From NCBI GenBank assembly GCA_963662585.1, contig OY759729.1:2912001-2976000 (forward strand): a stretch of 64,000 nucleotides of DNA, written 5' to 3'. A program made the translations under genes and the position numbers. This document shows, one piece after another, positions 57,263 through 64,000 of the stretch. How positions within the stretch are numbered: the first letter of the stretch is position 1; the number at the start of each line of letters is the position of its first letter. This DNA comes from Candidatus Cloacimonadales bacterium (GTDB lineage: Bacteria; Cloacimonadota; Cloacimonadia; Cloacimonadales; JAFGVF01). Under the pieces are notes generated by a model, which was not told the origin of the DNA, searched no databases, and worked only from the letters and a program-made list of their open reading frames with translations.

Positions 57263-60200
57263 TTATTCTCCAAAAAATAACTCTGGTTTTTTATAAAGAT
57301 TTTGTAAATACTGAATATTAACATCAGCATCATCTGATAACTGAAAAGATGCTCTATCATTGCAAAAAGATAATTCTACATTCTCTAATAACTTGCATAG
57401 TTCACGAATTTCGATAAAAACCTGAGAATTAGAATCGTTTGTAACAGCCAATTTAATTCTTGATAAATTGTTTAAAACAATGTTATATTTTTCGTTCTTA
57501 ATAATATTAATAACATTTTGTATGTTCTCATGATTTACTCCAGATAATGCTAATGTCTCAATTTTGAAATCATTAGGAACTCTTTGAAGCTCGTTTATAG
57601 GTATTTCTAAATAATAGATATAGTTGCTGAAAGGTATATTGTTGAAGTCGATAGGCTCAATGGTTTGATTTATATAAAGCCTTTCTATCCAATTGCCTCC
57701 TCTATCATCATAACTAATTTTCAAATCATTTATTATAGTTTCTGAATAGGGAGTTTCACCAAAAGAAATGTGATTGTTACTTATTTCTATGTTAGGGTGT
57801 TTATCACTGAACCTAAGGTCTTTATTTACAGGCAAGCTTTGTTGCTTGGCTAATAGTAATTTCTCAATGGCTTGGTTGGTAGAGAGGTAGGGGTATTGAA
57901 TACCTTTTCCGGTTTCTCTATCTAATGTTTGAACCTCAAGCGTAAAAGTCCTAAGTTTTGGTAGGGTTTTGATTGCTTCAATAAGTTTATCATAATATTC
58001 AAAAGATTTATTTTGGTAGTCAAACAAGACTAAATTTTCAAGTCCTGTAAAATACTTTAATGATTCTAACTCTTGAATCGTTTCTTCTCCATTTAATTCC
58101 ATTCTTTTAAATAATGTAATTTTAGAATTGTTAATACTGGGTAGTTTCTCAAATTTTACCAAGTGTTCACAGGGCTCATTGGGTAGCCAGTTCAAGGATG
58201 CAGGTTGATCACTTACAACATTAATTCTAATAGGTAAATTATACTTACTTATTTTTTGGCACTTATCAGTTGTCGAATTATCTAAAACTCTTACTAAGTA
58301 TTCAGTATCAGAAAAAATAATTGGTTTCATATTGCTAGGATCTGGAATAATTAAGCCACCAGTTGTATAACTTGTAGATTCAATAATTTTAATATTTTTA
58401 TTAGTTATTACCTTTACATTTGGATTAGAACATTCAATAAATTGTAGTGGCCATAAGTTTTTTATATTTGTTAAATTATATCTTCTATCAACTTTTTTAG
58501 GTAACTTCAAAAACATAACTAAGTTATTTTCAATTAGATCTTCAATCATTTCTTGTTTTATATCAGAATCATATAAGTTTAAGGAATAAAAATAACCACC
58601 ATCGTCATTATTATTAGATATATTTTTTAAAGTGTACTTTAATTCTTTTTCTGATAATATGTTAGGAATCTGTTGATACTTCATCCTATTTTTATATTTA
58701 TAACTATGAGAATATTTATAATTACTTCTTAATATTTCATCTTTGATCAAGAAAATTTGGAAATACCCAATACTCATAAGTATAAAAATCAAGGGATAAA
58801 AGTAGAATGCTTTATTAGATCGTCGCATTCTAGCCAAATTTGTAGTCCTATAATAGTAGTAATTAACAATATTTGATATCTTTAACTGAATTAAAACATC
58901 TCCAATAATTACTAAAACTCCAATAATGAGAAGACCTTCTATAAAAAGATTATTGTTTCTAATTGCCAAATTTCTAAGTTGAAGCCCTATATATGGATCA
59001 TTAATTTCTGAAAAATTAAGAAATTTAAGCAAAAAAGAACTAGACACAATACTAACTAGTATTAGAATTCTTATGAATATCTTTTTTATTGAGCTATTCT
59101 TTAGTACATCCTTAAAGCCATAAAAATTTTTTCTCATATTTATGCAATCAAACTCGTCAAGTTTAGCAGAAACAGTGCATTTTTTATCAAAAACTGTTAA
59201 CTTTTTATTTGTAAAAAAACTGAAAGATAAACATGATATTATTGGGAATAAAACTAATAGTATTATTATGCTAACAACTAATTGAGTTGTGGAAGTCATA
59301 GTTAGTACTTTAGGTGTAAAAAGTATCACAAAGGATAAGATTATTAAAATTCTTGATAAAAAAATGTTTGTTTTGACTTGATCAACTCCATTACTGTAGT
59401 ATGCTCTATCAGATTTTTCGACACTCATAATAAAACTTAAAAGTATAAAAGTGTATAATAAAACAAAGGACGAAGATTTAAGATTGTTGAATTTTAAAGA
59501 GCTCATTTCACTAGTAGCTGCTATTGAATCACTAGATAAACCATAAAAAGAAAAAATAAACCATATTGTAACCACTGAATAAATCAATATAATGAATATC
59601 ATCAATATCCTATATCTAGATAACTCATCATATTTGAATGTCACATAGTTTATCTTTTCCATGTAGCTATAATTAAACTTAATCATTCTATCTTTAGAAT
59701 TATCAGATTCTAGTGCATGATCATTAGGTAGATTTGAATTATTACTCTGTTTTGTATCTTCTGACGATAACTTTTCAAGTTCTGGTGTATGATCTATTGT
59801 TTTATTTAAATTATTGCTATGTTTAGTATCTTCTGAAGACAACTTTTCAAGTTTGAATGTATAATCTATGATCAGCTTTGAATCAACTAAATCGGTATAT
59901 TTTGATTTATTAACAATCTTATCGAATTCTGTTTTTTCATTTTTTTTTAATTGTGATATAAGAAACTTTTCACCGCCATACTTTTGTGACAATTTTTTTA
60001 ATTTTATCAGAAGAAACAACTTCTCACTAAATCCAAACCTACTAGCAAATCTAATCAGTTTTTTAAAAATAGTTAGACGAGTATTATCATTAGTTATCTT
60101 TTCAAAAAAATTCTTTAGTGTTTTTTCAACTGATGGATTATTGATATCACTACGGTTGTTTAAAGCTCTAAGATAATTCAAAAATTTTAAAGGGGAATCA

Positions 60201-61873
60201 ACTAAATCTTTAATTTGATGCTCATGCTTAGATAAAAAATCTTCCCACGATAAGTTTGGACGCATATTCAGAGATTCTTCTTCTTGTAAATTATTGTATA
60301 GAATTTTAGCATTTTGTATTGTGAAGTCACCTAAATAGTGTACCCATTGGTCTTCAGCAGAATTGCTTAGATAGGAAATACTGAGAATATTACTTGATAT
60401 AGGTATTTCTTTATCTTCAAAGTCTTGATTACTCAACCAATTAAATTTCTTGTACTCTTCTAGATTTAGGCTAACAATGAATTTAATTCCTGGTTGTGCA
60501 ACATCATCTATCCAATTAAGTAGATCATCAATTGCTCTCAATTTGTTCCACTTCTCATCAATTCTACTTATATTATCAACTTCATCTATAATAAAAACTA
60601 GTTCTTTTTCACTTTTATTCACAAGCTTTTTAACATTTTTCTTATTTAAGTCACAATTGTAGTTTAATGAACTAGAAAATAATCTGTAAAAAGGATTTTC
60701 TTGCCATTTGGGGTTGATGTTCGTAAAGTCAATTCCGTTTATAAAAAACACTGAGTATTCTCTTTTGAGAAGATTATCACAACAATATGCACAGAAGGCG
60801 GATTTACCTCCTCCTTTATTTTTACTTATTACCAGTAAGTTTTTATCTGATTGCAAAAAACTATCAAGCTTATTGTTTGGTCCATTAAACCCATCAGGGA
60901 CACAATATAGCATAGGATTTTGACTATTATAAATACCCATATATGAATAAGATGTGAGAGTTATGTCAGTAATAATTTTAATTCGTTCATCAAACCTAGT
61001 TCGCTCAAAAGAATTTTGCGGTGCGTTTAAAGCTCTAACCCTATCTAGTAACTCAACAAGTTTTAAATATAGATCTTGAACAAAATTTTTATTAGAATAT
61101 TTCTTGCTAAAAATTTCATAAGACTCCTGACCTTGATAATGAATTTTTATATTTTTTGCATCAAAATCTGATAGTAAAAGAAGCTTGTTTTCTTTGTATG
61201 ACAATAATAATGGGAGCATTCTGATTTTAGTATTATCACTAAACTTAGCATAGGTAGTTATAGAATCAGCTACAGTTAATTTTAGGTCTGAACCATTTAG
61301 GACATGTCCTTTATCGTTAACTAGTTTAATATCTTTAAAAAAACTCAAGCCGTTAAGAAAAATAGCAAATAGTCTTCTGATTGATCCTATCTCTCTTTTA
61401 GCTATACTAGGAGTTACACCACCATGGGAAATTGAGTTTCTATAATTCAATATTTCATTGAGTAAAGCTTTTGATTTTGGATGTAGTACTTTTTTAATTT
61501 CTGAATCGTAGATAAAATCAACAATTTGATGACTCAATGGGGTAATATTTTTCTTCTTTAGTTCTAAAGTAGCTTCTCTTAAAAAACCTACATAGTTACC
61601 ACCTAAAGGTCTTGATAGTATATTCTCAATGTGATAATAAATCTTACCAATCTTTATCTCATAGGCAGCTAGCTCGCTAAGTAAAATATAACTAAGCAAT
61701 TTAATTGTTTCAATGAAAATCTTGTCACATAATATTAACCATTCATCTTCGTTTGTTTTATTACGATTATTAATGTACTTATTAATTTGGAAAGCTATTG
61801 GATGTGGTAGTGAACCTTTAATCCTTTCTATAACTGAATCTAACTCATTTTTCTCGAATTTATTATCAATCAT
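57263..61873 (-). CDS. HEPN-like module + STAND/NACHT-like NTPase + multi-TM + degenerate LRR-like C-terminus
   Basis: LPHPIA...YRNSISHG; KGGGKS; FIIDEVD; ~7 TM segments; LESLKYFTGLENLVL / LPKLRTFTL. Confidence 0.78.
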   Translation of the reverse strand: MIDNKFEKNELDSVIERIKGSLPHPIAFQINKYINNRNKTNEDEWLILCDKIFIETIKLLSYILLSELAAYEIKIGKIYYHIENILSRPLGGNYVGFLREATLELKKKNITPLSHQIVDFIYDSEIKKVLHPKSKALLNEILNYRNSISHGGVTPSIAKREIGSIRRLFAIFLNGLSFFKDIKLVNDKGHVLNGSDLKLTVADSITTYAKFSDNTKIRMLPLLLSYKENKLLLLSDFDAKNIKIHYQGQESYEIFSKKYSNKNFVQDLYLKLVELLDRVRALNAPQNSFERTRFDERIKIITDITLTSYSYMGIYNSQNPMLYCVPDGFNGPNNKLDSFLQSDKNLLVISKNKGGGKSAFCAYCCDNLLKREYSVFFINGIDFTNINPKWQENPFYRLFSSSLNYNCDLNKKNVKKLVNKSEKELVFIIDEVDNISRIDEKWNKLRAIDDLLNWIDDVAQPGIKFIVSLNLEEYKKFNWLSNQDFEDKEIPISSNILSISYLSNSAEDQWVHYLGDFTIQNAKILYNNLQEEESLNMRPNLSWEDFLSKHEHQIKDLVDSPLKFLNYLRALNNRSDINNPSVEKTLKNFFEKITNDNTRLTIFKKLIRFASRFGFSEKLFLLIKLKKLSQKYGGEKFLISQLKKNEKTEFDKIVNKSKYTDLVDSKLIIDYTFKLEKLSSEDTKHSNNLNKTIDHTPELEKLSSEDTKQSNNSNLPNDHALESDNSKDRMIKFNYSYMEKINYVTFKYDELSRYRILMIFIILIYSVVTIWFIFSFYGLSSDSIAATSEMSSLKFNNLKSSSFVLLYTFILLSFIMSVEKSDRAYYSNGVDQVKTNIFLSRILIILSFVILFTPKVLTMTSTTQLVVSIIILLVLFPIISCLSFSFFTNKKLTVFDKKCTVSAKLDEFDCINMRKNFYGFKDVLKNSSIKKIFIRILILVSIVSSSFLLKFLNFSEINDPYIGLQLRNLAIRNNNLFIEGLLIIGVLVIIGDVLIQLKISNIVNYYYYRTTNLARMRRSNKAFYFYPLIFILMSIGYFQIFLIKDEILRSNYKYSHSYKYKNRMKYQQIPNILSEKELKYTLKNISNNNDDGGYFYSLNLYDSDIKQEMIEDLIENNLVMFLKLPKKVDRRYNLTNIKNLWPLQFIECSNPNVKVITNKNIKIIESTSYTTGGLIIPDPSNMKPIIFSDTEYLVRVLDNSTTDKCQKISKYNLPIRINVVSDQPASLNWLPNEPCEHLVKFEKLPSINNSKITLFKRMELNGEETIQELESLKYFTGLENLVLFDYQNKSFEYYDKLIEAIKTLPKLRTFTLEVQTLDRETGKGIQYPYLSTNQAIEKLLLAKQQSLPVNKDLRFSDKHPNIEISNNHISFGETPYSETIINDLKISYDDRGGNWIERLYINQTIEPIDFNNIPFSNYIYYLEIPINELQRVPNDFKIETLALSGVNHENIQNVINIIKNEKYNIVLNNLSRIKLAVTNDSNSQVFIEIRELCKLLENVELSFCNDRASFQLSDDADVNIQYLQNLYKKPELFFGE

Positions 61874-62036
61874 ATACCAAACTCCTCTTGAATAGATAAA
61901 TAAAACAACTTAAGTTCTTGAAAAAAACTGAACCATTATAACTAGTATTTCCTACAATTTTAAAAATTATTTCTAAAAGAGTTATTGTTTTACTTCATTT
62001 TCAAATAGTTAACATATTCAACCAATATCAATAAAC

Positions 62037-62065
62037 ATTATAAAATTTTAAAGAACTAGTGTCAA
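62037..62065 (-). promoter_or_regulatory. Perfect-consensus sigma70 promoter for the - strand island block
   Basis: Minus strand TTGACA (62065-62060), 17-nt spacer, TATAAT (62042-62037); ~165 nt before ATG 61873. Confidence 0.85.
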
Positions 62066-62470
62066 GAAGAAAAATGATCATTTTTTTCAGTTTAGACATA
62101 GAAGATTTCAAAAGTATCGAAATCTTATCAACTTTCTAAAATCATCTATTATTATTAAGAAGGAGTATTAAATGAGAATGCTAAAATAATACAGTTTTAA
62201 CAAAAAATATAAAATCTTAAGACGATACTATTTACCAAGGCACAATGGTATCTTATTGAATCAACATAATTGGTAATAAAATCTCGAAAAAATATCAATA
62301 ATTATCAATAGGGCAAAATATTTTCAACTTTTTTTTAAGTGACCAAGTTTGAAAAAGTTGATCCTATAATTATATGAAAGATAGTTTAAATAATGCAAGT
62401 TTTAAAAAGTTAGATTATAATTTATAGATTTTAGTGATATTTAGTGTTATGAATTTTTGGTTGAATAGTA

Positions 62471-62570
62471 AAAAAGGGTTAACACAAAACTCTAATTCAT
62501 AAAACACACAAAGTAATGCACTCCGACACAAGTTTTCTCCTTGTTTAAATGTTGGAGTGCATTTTTTATG
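62471..62570 (+). repeat. 100-bp direct repeat, right copy (attR-like)
   Basis: Identical to 18793-18892. Confidence 0.95.
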
Positions 62571-62785
62571 GCTAATGTATAATACAAATAATGTATAAAC
62601 TTGATCCCTTCATCAAATCCCTAGTCTCCGATATGCTTTAAAGATTTGCCTCACTTTTGAATAATCTTGTTAATGCTCCTAGGAACTAACACCCAGCATT
62701 GCAGAAAAAAAAGTAACTTTTAATTCTTGACACAATTCCTTATTCCTTGAAGTTGAGCTAAAATAATATTAATAAAGAGGATAAG

Positions 62786-63373
62786 ATGTTAGATTTGATA
62801 AAAGAATCATATACAATAACCTATAAGCTATTAGGTGAGTTTATTGAATCAGCAGATAATCTTAAAAAGACTGAGGAGATAGGGCAGAAGCTTGCCTCTA
62901 TCTTTGAATCAGCCGGTAAGGTCCTTATCTGTGGAAACGGTGGTTCTGCGACAGATGCCATGCATTTTGCTGAAGAATTTACTGGCCGTTTTCGTGCTGA
63001 TCGTAAGGCCTTACCTGCAATTGCTTTAGCTGATTCTTCTCACATTACTTGTGTGGGAAATGATTATGGCTTTGATGAAGTATTTGCCCGTGGGGTTGAG
63101 GCTTATGCAAAAGCTGGTGACATGATAATCGGCTTATCTACAAGTGGAAATTCCGAGAATGTTATCAGAGCTTTTGAAGAAGCTAAGAAGATTGGCTGTA
63201 GCACAGTAGCTCTTTTAGGTAAAGATGGTGGTAAATTAGCAGGAAAATGTGATTATGAATTTATAATTCCAGGTCAGACATCAGATCGTATCCAAGAATT
63301 GCATATGATTATTTTGCATATAGTTATTGAAGTAGTTGAGCGGATAATGTTTCCTGAGAACTATAAAGATTAA
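62786..63373 (+). CDS. gmhA: D-sedoheptulose-7-phosphate isomerase
   Basis: CGNGGSATDAMHFAEE, GNDYGF, STSGNS, DRIQELH. Confidence 0.96.
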   Translation: MLDLIKESYTITYKLLGEFIESADNLKKTEEIGQKLASIFESAGKVLICGNGGSATDAMHFAEEFTGRFRADRKALPAIALADSSHITCVGNDYGFDEVFARGVEAYAKAGDMIIGLSTSGNSENVIRAFEEAKKIGCSTVALLGKDGGKLAGKCDYEFIIPGQTSDRIQELHMIILHIVIEVVERIMFPENYKD

Positions 63374-63442
63374 AAAAAATAATATAAAATACTAAAAAAT
63401 ATTCTTGACAAACAATAGGGAGATTTTAAATTGACCAAACGT

Positions 63443-63529
63443 GCGAAAGTGGCGGAATTGGCAGACGCGCTGGACTTAGAATCCAGTTGGGTTAAACCAG
63501 TAGGGGTTCAAGTCCCCTCTTTCGCACCA
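63443..63529 (+). tRNA. tRNA-Leu (anticodon TAG)
   Basis: Acceptor stem GCGAAAG/CTTTCGC, anticodon arm CTGGA-CTTAGAA-TCCAG, long variable arm, GTTCAAG T-loop, encoded CCA. Confidence 0.97.
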
Positions 63530-63608
63530 TTTTTATTTTTAAGAACCCCTATTACAACACAAATTTAAATTTTAACATTAATAATATATATATATAAAGG
63601 AGTTAATT

Positions 63609-64000
63609 GTGAAGGTTGAAGTAAAAGAAATCAGTTCAGTTGTCAAAGAGCTCACCCTTACAGTAGAAGCTGAGAAAGTAAATAAAGATTATCAAAAGGC
63701 CTTGAAAAAGGTTAGTAAGATGGCTCCTCCAATTCCCGGTTTCCGTAAAGGAAAAGCCCCAATGTCTGCTGTAGAAAGAAACTATGGTGATTATATCAAA
63801 GAGGAATTATACAAAGACGGTGTTGATAAATATCTTAAAGAAGCAATAGAAGAAAATGATATAAAATCAATTAGTGAATTTTATCCAACATCTTATGAGT
63901 GGAATAAAGGTGAAGATTTAGTTGCAGTATTCAAATTTGAAGTAAATCCTGAAATTAAATTAGAAAATATTGATGGTATAAAAGTTCCTTTCAAAGCTAA
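63609..64000 (+). CDS. tig: Trigger factor (3'-truncated by window edge; absent from ORF track)
   Basis: AAGGAG RBS and GTG start; MKVEVKEISSVVKELTLTV...IPGFRKGKAP signature; follows tRNA-Leu. Confidence 0.95.
   Translation, partial: MKVEVKEISSVVKELTLTVEAEKVNKDYQKALKKVSKMAPPIPGFRKGKAPMSAVERNYGDYIKEELYKDGVDKYLKEAIEENDIKSISEFYPTSYEWNKGEDLVAVFKFEVNPEIKLENIDGIKVPFKA

Larger units (their letters stand above)
18793..62570. mobile_element. ~43.8-kb genomic island bounded by 100-bp direct repeats
   Basis: Exact flanking repeats; content entirely accessory; housekeeping genes outside; internal IS. No integrase recognised. Confidence 0.75.

Noticed and set aside
18893..62470. DGR reverse transcriptase, avd or template repeat inside the island
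   Set aside because: No RT motifs in any ORF, and I found no AAC-rich non-coding copy of the FGE tails when scanning intergenic regions by eye.
63443..63529. tRNA-Leu as the island attachment site
   Set aside because: It lies ~870 bp outside the right repeat, beyond gmhA, and I saw no partial tRNA copy at the left boundary.

Overview
AT-rich bacterial chromosome segment. The flanks carry housekeeping and ordinary accessory genes. Left flank: M1 aminopeptidase fusion, DEDDh exonuclease, HigBA module with an hsdR-like scrap, PPIase-miaA-mutL, a DUF134/NifB-NifX/MinD-like Fe-S operon and an ABC exporter pair. Right flank: gmhA, tRNA-Leu(TAG) and tig. The middle ~43.8 kb (18793-62570) is bounded by an exact 100-bp direct repeat that starts in the last codons of the ABC gene, so it looks like an integrated island, although I see no integrase. 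The island holds two convergent blocks separated by an IS and an inverted, truncated copy of that IS end. (1) A + strand signalling block: lipoproteins, an FHA protein, a PP2C phosphatase, a family of Zn-ribbon/Ser-Thr kinase/FGE(CLec)/Sel1 paralogs including pseudo-enzymes, and two proteases. Two of the FGE C-termini look like DGR variable regions, but no RT or template repeat is visible. (2) A - strand block behind a perfect TTGACA-N17-TATAAT promoter: three STAND/NACHT-like NTPases, three proteins sharing an Rx4H HEPN-like module, a 22-repeat LRR protein, a permuted DHH-like/CorA-like fusion and a calcineurin-like phosphoesterase. The most striking single observation is a translation initiation factor IF3 N-terminal-like domain fused to a HEPN-like/NACHT protein, encoded right after the LRR gene. 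Together these suggest a candidate multi-component NLR-like immune/conflict system. All domain calls come from reading motifs by eye; no searches were run.
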